This document shows positions 12,501 through 23,438 of a stretch of DNA of 64,000 nucleotides, in pieces. Every line of letters starts with the position of its first letter. Position 1 is the stretch's first letter. The notes under the pieces are model-generated. The model saw nothing but the letters and a program-made list of their open reading frames with translations. It did no database searches and was not told the origin of the DNA. Source of the stretch: Vitrella brassicaformis CCMP3155 (lineage: Eukaryota > Protista > Chromerida); NCBI GenBank assembly GCA_001179505.1, contig CDMY01000571.1, positions 267,702-331,701 on the forward strand, in the 5' to 3' direction. The translations under genes and the position numbers were made by a program.

Positions 12501-14588
12501 CCATGCTTCGGGTGATGTGATATTCTGTTTGATTCTCACCGCTGCGGCGAGCAGATCTTGCAGTCGGGCTATCTCAGCCTCCAACTCGCAGAGCTTGCCG
12601 TCCTTTGGATCAAAGTTGATCTTTGGCTTGTTCTGTACCTGTGGACATAAAGCCAAAGCGCTCCTCTCTGAGGTGAGGCCGTCCATCTGCGGTCAGAGTG
12701 GTCAGGGTCTGTACCAGGGTAACACGTTCAGCGAACCGGAGTGTGCTGAGGGTGTCCTGCATCTGCTTCGCTCCGGGACAGATGCACGCCACCTATGCCA
12801 CCCAGAAACAGACGGAATGTATGCACATGCAAGTAGCCACAGTCCCCTTATTACCATCAAGGTTTTTGAATTTCCTCCGAGGGAATCCTGGAGCGCACAC
12901 ACACAGCCGCACACACGAATGACATTCTCGAGAGACCTCTTGGCTCTCTGTCTGCTCGTTTCAACCTGCAGGACTCGCGTCAGCTTGGAGTCTCTGTAGG
13001 GGATGTGCGTTGGTTTGTGGGGTTGCTTGATCTGTTTGTTGAGCGCGTTGATAACGTTGCCTGCAGTAAGAGAGGTACATATGCAGTGATACAACTACTA
13101 TGGAAGACGGTACCGAGAGCAGAAAGGGACGTGTTGATTGACGTTGCCTCTTTCATGCCATCTCCTTCAACGCCTGACCAAAATGCAGTTTCTATGCTCA
13201 GGTCTTGTTGCGTGCCTCTGCCGCTGACCAGACTGCTTGACGTGCTCGCATCCAGCGAGATCGACAAGATTCAATTTCCCAAGACGAATCTATTGAAATG
13301 CAGGCCAGCAAATTTGGCAGGTGACCATGTGTCTGCGCTCGTCGATGCGATGGCCTCACCTGCCTTCTGCCGCCTTCGGCCTCAGCTGACGACTCCACTA
13401 TCACAGTGAAGATCGAATGACTCCTGAGGCACGAGACAGACACAATTAAATGAAGCTTTTTGCGCCATCCTCTCTTGCCTTACCGTGACGAGTGTTGGTT
13501 CATGTCTGTGCACCGGTGGTGTTGGTATTTGCGGCCCTCCTCCAGCACTTCCATCATAGCATGCACGTTCTTTGCCTGAAAACATCGGTGCAAAAGCGAA
13601 GCTCGGGTAGGGCATGCTCCGTGCCGTGCATGGATGCTCACCTCTCTCTGCGTAAGCTTGTCGACCCAGGGGCTGTCCTCGCCCCTCAGTTCCAACGCCA
13701 CGCCTCTCTCCTCTTTGCTTCCCAGCAAATCGTAGAGTTTTTTATCATACATCTCCATGAAGGAGACACGAACAAGGAAGCGACGCTCGCCTCCCACTCT
13801 CGGAGTGCCTTGTTCAATGGGCGCTCGGGGCGTCTCAGGCATAGACAGGCTACCGCCGCTCGCTCGGCGCTCGAGAGGTTGGTGGGAGCCGATCGCGTCA
13901 TATATCTGAATTTTGTAAAGATCCGTACAATCGCACGGGGAGTGAGCACACACATGTCAAGGGCATCTCTTGGCTACCTGTTTGACGGCTCGTGGTATGA
14001 TGCCCAGCCGTTCATCGAAGATGGAGCTGTGAGTGTCGGAAGTGACTTTGGCTTCATGGGGGCCCATCTGATGACAATGACACTTATAATGTTACGCCTT
14101 TGTGCAGGATCAAGCCGCCTTACTTACCATTGTGTAGGTCTTTCCACTCCCAGTCAGCCCATATGCGAATATCGTCCCTGGAAAGCGGAGAGGCATAGCA
14201 TTACAGACACAGTTTCCTTCAAGTTCCTGCCAGCCTGTTTACCGTTGAAGCCCTGCAGAACCGATTCCACGATCTCTGCGGCTGTGGCATCGTACACATC
14301 TTTCTGAGTGGATGCCCAGTCGAAGACCGCGTCGTACCTGCGCGTCTTTTCACTCGTCTGATTTATCCTGCATCACAACAGGCAACCACAATCGACGGTT
14401 TCCCCCTCTCTCCCTCTCCCCCCTCACAGAATGGAGGCATTGTCTGTGTCAATGACGAGATTCTCATCGCTCTTTTTGTCCTCTCCCTTCAGGAAGGGCC
14501 GGCAGCGAATGACGACCTTTATCGTCTCCTTGGACTCGCCCCCTGGTGCCCCGGGCAGGGCGAGTTCGGGAACTGGCGATGCGGACAT
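9508..14588 (-). CDS. N-terminal-motor kinesin (kinesin-2-like neck) with coiled-coil stalk and C-terminal armadillo-like helical repeats
   Basis: Spliced motifs in order: [28 protein letters not shown] (P-loop), [26 protein letters not shown] (switch I), [13 protein letters not shown] (switch II), [55 protein letters not shown]. Then a long coiled coil (11330-12050) and ARM-like exons ([23 protein letters not shown]; [21 protein letters not shown]). Confidence 0.92.
11016..11117 (-). repeat. 21-nt tandem repeat, about 5 copies, encoding heptads LSSAEA(K/Q) in the kinesin stalk
   Basis: GGCGCTGCT(G/C)AGCT-N-GGCCTC units. The minus-strand translation [35 protein letters not shown] is in frame with the downstream exon sequence. 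Confidence 0.9.
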
Positions 14589-14599
14589 CCTCTCACATC

Positions 14600-14667
14600 A
14601 ACATCGAGCGGAGAAGCCCCAAAAACATCGAGCGGAGAAGCCCCAAAAACATCGAGCGGAGAAGCCC
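14600..14667. repeat. 24-nt tandem repeat, about 2.8 copies (AACATCGAGCGGAGAAGCCCCAAA), in the divergent intergenic region
   Basis: Units start at 14601, 14625 and 14649 (period 24), between the kinesin ATG (14588) and the next ATG (14787). Confidence 0.9.
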
Positions 14668-14786
14668 GCGGTGCGGGAGGTCGCCCTTCTATCGCTCATT
14701 CCTCCCTCGGCCCCCATGGGCCCCCACCAAGCTCGCAGTCTCAAAAACCTTGGTGTGTGGAGGGTGTGTGTGTGTGTGTCTGAAAC

Positions 14787-15887
14787 ATGTCGCTCAAGGA
14801 TCCGTTGTGGTTGGGTGAGAATGAGGACAAGATCCAGTACCACAACTTTGTGCAGCGGTGGATGGACTTCCGCAAACACACCATCCGGCAGCGGCTGAGG
14901 GAGGGGGAGCGGCGGCAGGGCTACACGTGGGCGCAGCTGCACAACTACAAAGAGGACTACTGCCTGCCGAAGCTCCCACCCGACATGCCGGTCACTGCCG
15001 TGCCGCAGGTGGCCACCTGTGAGCTCTACTTCAACTGGGTCGACCGCTGCGTCACCCAGGGCATCCTCAACATGAGAGCCAGATGGCCACTCGCCAGACT
15101 CCAAATCTGCAAACCAAACTGGGTCAGTCAAGAAGGGGAAGGAGAGAGACCATCTTGTGGTGGGACTGCCGCTTCCTCTGTGTGTGTCAGACGCTGCTGC
15201 GCCGCTGCTGCAAGCGCCGGGATGCGGCCATCTTGCAGGCTGTCGAGCAGTGGGAGGCAGACCACGTCAAGAGACTCTCACCCCAATACCAGTACGCACC
15301 AAACGACAGTACTCTCACAAGAGAGGTGCAGCACTGATTTGTATTGGGTGGGTGTTTCATTCAGGCAGGAGTACGTTGACGACTTGGACCAGAAACTGCG
15401 CTACCTGTCGGTACGACGACACCTGCATATCACACCTGACCTTCCGCCCATTGAAACGCATCGCTGCTCTTTGCCACTCGTCTGTCTGTCTGTCTGGCAG
15501 TACATCGATGCCCGCACACAAGACGAGCTGGACCTCCTCAGGTGGGTACCTCAGTGACACAACAAAAGGCCGAGCGTGTGAAGGCGCCTCCCTCATTGTC
15601 AGGTTGTGTGTGTGAATGTATGCAGGTTGAAGCGTGACGTGGAGGATTTGAAGCGTCGCGCCAAGTATTTGGTCAAGAAGACCAGGCTGACCCCGAGCCC
15701 CTACCTGGCGTACCAACACCCAGAGGACATACCCTACTACATCAGTAAGACCACCCACTGCCAACTGCCCCTGCCTGTCCTCATCAACATGTTGCTCTGC
15801 CGCGGTTGCAACTGTGTGTGTGTGTGTGTGTGTGCTGCAGAGGAGGGAGGCGACATGCCGATACCCCGACAGACGACGCTGGGATGA
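14787..15887 (+). CDS. Hypothetical protein, about 6 exons
   Basis: Long first exon MSLKDPLWLGENEDKIQYHNFVQRW...ICKPNW, then GT/AG-bounded exons, ending EEGGDMPIPRQTTLG*. No domain recognised. Confidence 0.7.
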
Positions 15888-16425
15888 GAGAAGTGAGTGC
15901 GGAAGCAAGACCAGAGAGATGCGTTTGCTCTCCAACGGGGGAGGAATGAGTGACAGGCGGTGAGGCAGGCAGGCAGGCAGTTGCGTGTTGGTTGTATTGC
16001 GCTGTGTGAGTGAGGGAGGTTGGTGGTTTCTGTGGGTCTGTATCATCTCCCTGATGACACAGCTGTGAGGGGACGGGGTCTCCCACACGTATTTGGGCAG
16101 CGTCTCTGGGAAGTTGGTTTGGATCCACAGGTCAGCCCAGCTATCGCCAGTGTACACACATGAGGGGTGAGGTGATGCGAACTGACCACTGCCAGTGGCC
16201 GTAGAGGATGCGTGATCCAGTGAGTCAGTGAGTTAGTGAGTGAGTGAGTGAGGGAAGTCTTTTTGCGTGATGGATGGATGTATGATTAATGATGAGTCAA
16301 TCCGTCAATTCAATTGACTACTGCCATTCAATAGCTGCGTACGCACACGACAAGGGTCGACTGTCACCATCGCACCAACACATGCACCACTCATGCGTAA
16401 ATAAAATGTCATGCACTTCGCTACG

Positions 16426-18837
16426 CTACTGCTCTCCCCCCTGCGGCCCAGTCTCGCTAGTGCTTGAGTGTGTGACCTGTTGGTCACCTCCTTCTTGGCT
16501 TGAATGCACCTCTACTCCTTTGGCACGCAACCTCTCGGCGACCTCGTGCAGTGGCGGCATCTCAGCCTCGCCATCCACCAGCCCCTGGAACATCATGATC
16601 ACTGCACCACCACAAGCGACACAGCCATCACCACACGGCAATAAGACAAACAGTGGCGGATGGATGGATGGACCACGGGCCGTGGCTGCCTGTGACATAC
16701 GTACCTGCGTTCTTGCCAGCTCCCTTCGTGTAGTCGTTTTCTTCCTCCTCCTCCTCGTCAGTGTCTCGTTCGCCGCTGTCCTTGTCAGGCTCCTGTGCGG
16801 GTGTTGGTGCGTTGGGGAGCGGCGCGAGCTCGACTCGGATGGGGAATGCATTCCACATCAACGGCAGCTTGATAAGAGCACCCAACTCCTCCATGATAGT
16901 CGGTAACCAGACGGCGTCATCGGTGAAGTCCGCCATGCGGCTGTAGCCCGTCACTATGCACAGCTGATGGATGCATAGATAGATAGATAGATAGATGGAT
17001 TGACACACACAATAGATAAAGAGGTGACATGGTGCCGAAGGGGGCACGAACCCGTTGCTCCCCTCCCTCCGTCACCTTGTTGTTTTTGAGGAGGTGTGTG
17101 AGAGTCGGCAGCCAGGTGTCGAGTGATCTGTCGATGGACGGGTTGGACAGCAGGCACAAATCCGCACACAGGCCGCCGCCCTCGGCCACATCGTCACCAT
17201 ACACCTACACGACACGACACGACACGACACGACACGCACCCAACCGTTTTTCACGGCGGGTCATCACAGCAGCCACCCAGTGTGTCTGTGTCACCTGTGT
17301 GAATTCGTGGTAGAGGCCCCTGAAGTGTCGGCACTCGAGCGTCTGCCCGCTCTCGAGTGTCTTGGGCAGCGGAGGACCGAGCATGCCGTATGTAAGCTCC
17401 TTGCCCCACCTGTCACCCTCACCTAAGAAGCCCACCAGCACCTGCAGGCAGGCGACACAAACGCAGTGAGTACAACATCACACTAGCTGACAGCGCTGCT
17501 CGCCTCGCTCTCTTTCCCCCTCCCGAGCTGACAGACAGCCGTGCTGAATGGGTGACTGACCACGATGAGCTCCTTCAAGCTGGGCACGCGTGTGAGTATT
17601 GCCGACCACTGGGCCTCGGCCTCATAGTCGCCAGCCACTCCCACCACGTGCATGACCACGCGTGGCTTGGCCAGCTCATTCACCGGTGGCGGATGCAGCT
17701 GGTTGAGGGCGTTCAGCACCGTCAGGGGGTAGGACAGCAGCAAGGGCCGCCTGTCCTTCTTCAGGGCATCCACTGTGTGGCACTGCCGCCACAGCTGGCT
17801 GCTCAGGTCATCGGGGTCGAAGAAGATGTACTTGTCCTCCTCTGCATATGACGAGGACGCGACGGCTGCCTCTGGAGTGCTTTCTTGGCCAGTCTCGAAG
17901 CAGCCCTCCTCGAGGGCCGACCGCATCATGCCGGCGTAGAGTTTGGATGTCTGCTGAGCGGCCCGCCTCTTGTCTGCCTTGACCGTCGCCCGCAGCTGCT
18001 TGGCGGCCGCATTCTCGGGATCGACGCTGAGCAGCCTGTCCACCGTGCTAAGCGACTTGTCCCAATCCTGAGTGGGTGGGACGAAGAAAGAAAGAAAGAA
18101 AGAAAGAAAGACAGACCTACGTTGAGTGGTCGGAGAGCCAGCACTTCTGCCCTGCTGTCTGTGTTTCCCACCCACCCACCCACCTGCATGTGGTGGTATG
18201 CGAGCGCCAGCCTGTAGAGGGCCTTGACGTTGTCCGGCCGATGATTGAGGACAAACTCACACTGCACCCGTTCCATGCAGCACACAGACACAGACACTAC
18301 TATCTGTCAAACGCATGTGTGTGTTTCCTCGCCTGTGTGACGGTGTTGTCGGGCTCGTCCAGTTTGAGGTAGCCCTGGGCCATGTTGAGGCGGAGTGTCA
18401 GCTGCTCCTCGAAAGAACCACCGCCGCCGCCGCCTGCTTGCTCTTGGTCAAGGCGACTTGCCGCCACGCCGGCCTTCAGAATCTCTTTGAGCGCCAGCTG
18501 CATGGAAGAAACAGACAGCAGACAGACGTCATGCAGTGAATGTAATGGTCTGTGTCTTTGCTTTGCTTGCCTTCCAGAGGTCCACGGCCGCCTTGTACTC
18601 GCCTCGTTTGAAGGCATCATTTCCCGCCTGCTTGACTGCCAGCGGGTTCAACGTGTCGTCTTCGTCATCATCGCCGTCGCTACCCGGGTAGTCGTCGCTC
18701 TCATCATCATCGCCATCTTCGTAGTCTTCCACGTCACCATTCCTCTCGGCTGCCGCCGGTGGAATGGGCGCATTCTCGTTCGTATGGCTGCTGGGGTGGT
18801 CCTGGGGCTGCTCTGTTTCATCATGAGGAAGGCTCAT
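16426..18837 (-). CDS. TPR protein with a C-terminal MSS51/ZMYND15-like (MSS51_C-type) domain
   Basis: TPR motifs KQAGNDAFKRGEYKAAVDLW, LRLNMAQGYLKL, DNVKALYRLALAY, LSVDPENAAAKQL. Then YPLT...MHVVGVAGDYE...W...LKELIVVLVGF, YHEF, DLCLLSNPSI...WLPTL, which follow the MSS51 C-terminal pattern. An upstream ATG at 18942 is an alternative start. Confidence 0.75.
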
Positions 18838-19040
18838 CCTCACCCAAGCAGAAGATCTGCGAGCCAAGCGCGCACACAGGATCGCCGAAGAAGCTTCGCG
18901 CGTGATTTCCCCAATGGTTTGGGCCTCGATAGCCACAGACATATTGCATTCATACGGGAGTCGGGAAAACTACTTTGCAAAAGTAGACTGGAACACTCCG
19001 TTAATGCAGTCTGCCACTCCTTAATTAGCTACCAGCTCAT

Positions 19041-19094
19041 TCACACGGAGTGTAGCTCTCGACTGTGCTCCCCTCCCCTGCTCGTCCCGGCCCT

Positions 19095-19125
<31 letters not shown>

Positions 19126-21568
19126 ACACTTATCCGTCGTGTGTGTTTGCGCCTCTCTTCTCGCCGTTTCTTGGCCATCGACCGACACCACAGCCGCAGC
19201 GCAAAGGCACATGCGATGATGCCGCTGCCCAGGCCGACCAGATCGGCGTAGAGGAAACACTTGGACCCCATGCACTCGAGGTTGGCACCCGTGGGGTCAC
19301 TGCCCTGCTGCAGAGAGGGCACCGCCCCGCTGGAGGTGTCGTTGGTGGCTTGGTTGCTCATCTTCTGCATGACCAGGGCGGCCTCCCTGTCGGTCAGGTT
19401 GCTGCTGCTGCTGCCGGCTGCTGCCGGTGCTGCCAGGGATGATGATGCTGGCTCGAGGACGATAGTGTCGCCCTCCAATTTATCAGCGAAGACGTCGTAG
19501 AAGGTCCCGGCAATGAGATTGAAGACAGTGGCGAACAGAGAGAGGAAGGACACCAATGTGCCGAAGAGGAAGCCCAACGAGTTGTTGCCAAAGGTCTCCT
19601 GCACGCGTCAATGGATGGAGCAGCACAACAGAGGATGAATCAATGAGTGGTATGGATGGCTGACGGTGTCGGTGTTGCGTGCCATGCCACACCGTGATAA
19701 ACACAGGCGTGTACGAGAAGTTCATGCCATAAACAAGGCCGACCAGCGAGATACATGCGGCCAATGACGAACCTGAACCACATGATGCGAACGCGGATCG
19801 GATCTGTGTCGATGGCTGTGAATGATTTGTTGTGTGTGTGTATCACCTCACTCACCTGGCGGGTCTCTCAAGGCATCCACAACCAGACTTATCTGAGGCA
19901 GGCACCACCGCACACACGCAGAGGCAACAATCCCGGCCGGCTCTCATGTCTTCAGTGACTCTGTCTCTGTCCGTCTCATTCACTTCACTCACTTGTGCGA
20001 TGATGAACAGCACAGAGCCGAGCACGAAATGGAAGGCCGTCACGACAACACTTCGACAGCCGTCCAGCAGCAGGCCGCCGACAAAGCGGCCAGCACAGTT
20101 AAAGTAGCTCAGCAGCTTCACCAGCTCGAACCTGGCGCTCTCGCTGTAGCCGTATGAGTGGGATAATAACGAGGCGTTGCCGATAACCATGGAGCAGCAG
20201 CCCTGCACCACACAGAAGTACGCCCCGAGCATCAGCATGTCAGCAGAAAGCACCATCCGCATTTTGTCGTTGAAGGTTGCAGTATGATGATGCGGCTCCT
20301 GATGTGACGCCGCTCCCTCCGCCCCTTGTTGTTGCTGTGGCCCCTGCTTGATGGCCATCTGAGCATGTGCATGGGCCGCCGTCCCGCCCCCTCTCCGCCT
20401 CGACTCGTCCGCGGCCTCCTCCCCGCCGCCCTTGTCGCCATCTCTGCCCTCGAACATCACTGGGCTGGCCGGGGGAGTGGCACGCAGCCTCGGCCATCCG
20501 ACGCGTGTGGGGCTGAGGCCGCCGCCACCACCCCCATCTGCAGCCGTCGGGCTGCCGGCCGGTGGCGTTATCTCGCCAGATGGCAGCTTGTGGTACCGCC
20601 GCATCTTGCCCGTCAGCCACCTGAACACCCTTCCAGCAGCGGTCTTCCCCACCTCATCCCCTGAGTGCCTGTCGGCGCCATTCTGGACAGCTGCGACCGA
20701 TCCGTTGACGGATCCTGCGTCCGTCGAGGTCTCCTCATCGGCGGGTGGCAACGTTACCGAATCAGATGGGGCCACCAATGCCTTGTCGACTGGTGAGGTC
20801 GGCTGTGCAGGGGCAACTAGAGGCCTCTTGCGCAGCAGCAGGGCGCCGGAGAGAGCGGCGCTCCCCAGAAGAGCCGCTAGGCAGTAGAGGAAGGGGATCA
20901 GACGCTGTGGGCCGAAGAAGGTCTCGAACAGCAGTCCGATGAAGGCGGCAGAGAGGCCGTATGCCGAGGCCAATAGACCGACGATCCGCCCCCGATGCTC
21001 TGCGTGGAAGTTGTTGAAATTGGTGAACAGGGCCGAATAATACATGGCGACGGACCCTTGGCCAGCCAGAAAGTAGCAGAAGCCCAGCAGAAGGGCGCTC
21101 GGTGATGAAGACAGGACGTCCAGACAAAGGGCGAAGCCACAGTAACCTGCCACGCACAGGTACCCATGACTCGCCACGAGTGCCTACCATTATGTATGCA
21201 CACCGCTCTCTCACCAGAGAATGCCAGCACCGCGCCAACGAGCGCTGTCAGGTTTGGCCCCGCAGCGTCGTAGAGCATGCCTCCCAATATGCCCAAGTAC
21301 TGACCAGTGGCCCTGCAGGGACAATGCGCACGCACAGGAAACATGTGAAATGCACCCTTAGTGGTTGTAGTGCGTGAAGTGAATCTTGCCCCATGGAGTA
21401 GATCAGTTCAAGGTCTCTCGTGCTGAGGTGGTAATGCCTCTTGAGCTCGAGTGAGAAGACGCCGAAGCCATAGATGCTGCCGCTGCACAAGGACATGCAC
21501 GTGCCGACAACCAGGGACGGCACAGACGGAAGGCATGGCGCAGACGCCTGGCTCTTGAGAGATTTCAT
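19041..21568 (-). CDS. Nodulin-like major facilitator superfamily transporter (MCH1/NFD4-like)
   Basis: GSIYGFGVFSLELKRHYHLS...LELI, GILGGMLYD, SALFTNFNNF...RGRIVGLLASAYGLSAA, LLSYFNCAGRFVGG, ETFGNNSLGFLFG; many hydrophobic helices and a long central loop. Confidence 0.88.
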
Positions 21569-21841
21569 CTCATCACAGGCCGAGCACTCTTAGTTCTGCA
21601 TTGTCCTGCACCGTTCACCCCGAACTTTTTTGCAACGAAGCTCGCACGAGGGGCTCGTAGTGATCGGCGGTGTGATTTGCTGTCCGGGGGGGTCAGATCT
21701 GGCAGCAGAAGGTAACTGCAACAAATCACACACATACTTCACTCGTCCCTGGCTCATTCCTCATCCTCTCTGTCGTGCTTGCGCCGACAGGCCCTGTACC
21801 CAGGTGCTGAGGTCGCTAGTCAGCTTGTCGTCTCGTCAGTC

Positions 21842-23164
21842 ATGACGGATTCCAGCTCGGGCCTCTCCGCCTTCCCGACTCATGACGGTACCGCGAAGCT
21901 CATCAAGGTTATCCAAGACGGCCCTCTCTCTGGCAAGAAGGTCCGCCGCCTCATCAAGAAGAAAGGGGCTGATGCTGCAGTGCTCGTCGGCCATCTGAGC
22001 CTCATTGAGATTGCCCTCAAGCATCATGGAGAGGGCCCCGTCAGCGACCGCACTCTCCACGCCATCGCAGAGCTGCTGTCGGGCGGCGCTGACCCTGACC
22101 ATGGCCGCGTCGTTTGCAGGGCAGTGCGGTGTCATGACTATGCGCTGGTGGACCTCCTGCTCGACAACCACGCCGATCTGAAGGGGCTGTGTCTGCTGCA
22201 CATGATCGCTGAGAGTGACCACCAACCGGCCGCTGAGAAGCTGCGGCTGGTAAGACAGCTGATCGACCACGACCCGGCCATCGTCAAGGAAGTCGACACT
22301 CACGGCCGCCATCCCCTCTCGTGCTTCTGCCGCCATCCCCTGCCAGAGGCTTGGCTGCAGGAGGCCCTTCTCGACCTTCACTACCAGAATGGAGCAAAGA
22401 CAGACACCCCAGACAGTGACGGCTACCGGCCGCTGCACCACGCCATGCACACTGGCGACAAGACCACGGTCCGCTGGCTGTGTGGCAAGACCAACGACAT
22501 CGATGCCAGGGCCAGCCGGGTCACCGCCCTCAAGCTGGGTGCACTCAACGGCCTGCCAACGAAGCTCCTGCGTGTGCTGCTGGTCCACGGCGCGTCGCCA
22601 TCCGAGGCCACACTGAGGGCGGGCCGCGCACTCAGGAGCGAGGAGTGGGAGAGGCGGGTCACGAGGGCTTATCTCGATTACCTCAACAAGAACGTGCCCC
22701 GGCTGGTCATCGAAAACATCAACCGCACCCTTCGCGCCCTCCGCTCGCCCTTCGCTTCCCGCGAGTGGCGGCGATCCTTCCCTCGCGCATCCCTGCCAGC
22801 GGAGATGGTCACACACATCCTGCAGTTCGCCGCCCACCCTCGCCCCATCCCCATCGCTGACGAGAGGCTCGCCAGCCGCATCAACACCGCCGTCGGCCAC
22901 TACTGTGCCCTCACCGCCAAGCTGATCGCCAAGAGGGGCAATGGAGAAAACGTCGGTCCGATGCGATGCTTCATGGTTGGCGGTCGCCGTCTGGGTGTGT
23001 GCGAGGTGGTGTCTCGAGCAATCAAGGATGAGGCCCGGCTGTACCAGTGCGATTGGCGGCCCTCCGCATCGACAACGGTCTTCCCGTGGCAGCATTTGGA
23101 GGGGCTGCACCTGTCTGGTGATGATCTGGAGCACGAGATGTTCGAGTCGCTGGGCCTCGAGTGA
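21842..23164 (+). CDS. Intronless ankyrin-repeat protein
   Basis: Single ORF with ankyrin-type motifs GADPD...RAVRCHDYALVDLLLDNHAD, DTHGRHPL, DSDGYRPLHHAMHTGDKTTVRWLCGKTNDIDAR, LLVHGASP. Confidence 0.85.
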   Translation: MTDSSSGLSAFPTHDGTAKLIKVIQDGPLSGKKVRRLIKKKGADAAVLVGHLSLIEIALKHHGEGPVSDRTLHAIAELLSGGADPDHGRVVCRAVRCHDYALVDLLLDNHADLKGLCLLHMIAESDHQPAAEKLRLVRQLIDHDPAIVKEVDTHGRHPLSCFCRHPLPEAWLQEALLDLHYQNGAKTDTPDSDGYRPLHHAMHTGDKTTVRWLCGKTNDIDARASRVTALKLGALNGLPTKLLRVLLVHGASPSEATLRAGRALRSEEWERRVTRAYLDYLNKNVPRLVIENINRTLRALRSPFASREWRRSFPRASLPAEMVTHILQFAAHPRPIPIADERLASRINTAVGHYCALTAKLIAKRGNGENVGPMRCFMVGGRRLGVCEVVSRAIKDEARLYQCDWRPSASTTVFPWQHLEGLHLSGDDLEHEMFESLGLE

Positions 23165-23438
23165 GTGATGCGTGTGGGTGTGGTCTGGTGTGGTCAAGAC
23201 TTTATTCGTCGAGCTGCGTGCAGGATGGTCCTCTCTGTACTGAGTTGCTTGTTGCATGATTGCATGATTGATTGGACGTTGGCGATGTGTGCGTGCACTC
23301 GTGCGGTGAGAGAGTGTATTTGCAGGACAGACATGGATGAGATCTATGCATACAGACACTAACTGGGTGCATCAAAAGGCATGCGGGGGCCCCCGAGGGG
23401 CGCGAGCTAGACGGAGGCTACTCTCGAATCTCGCCGAG

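Noticed and set aside
14600-14667. 24-nt direct repeats, and the 21-nt repeats at 11016-11117, as a CRISPR array
   Set aside because: The units are contiguous with no unique spacers, the context is eukaryotic, and there are no cas genes.
21836-23359. 507-aa minus-strand ORF
   Set aside because: Antisense shadow of the GC-rich ankyrin CDS, with no domain features of its own.
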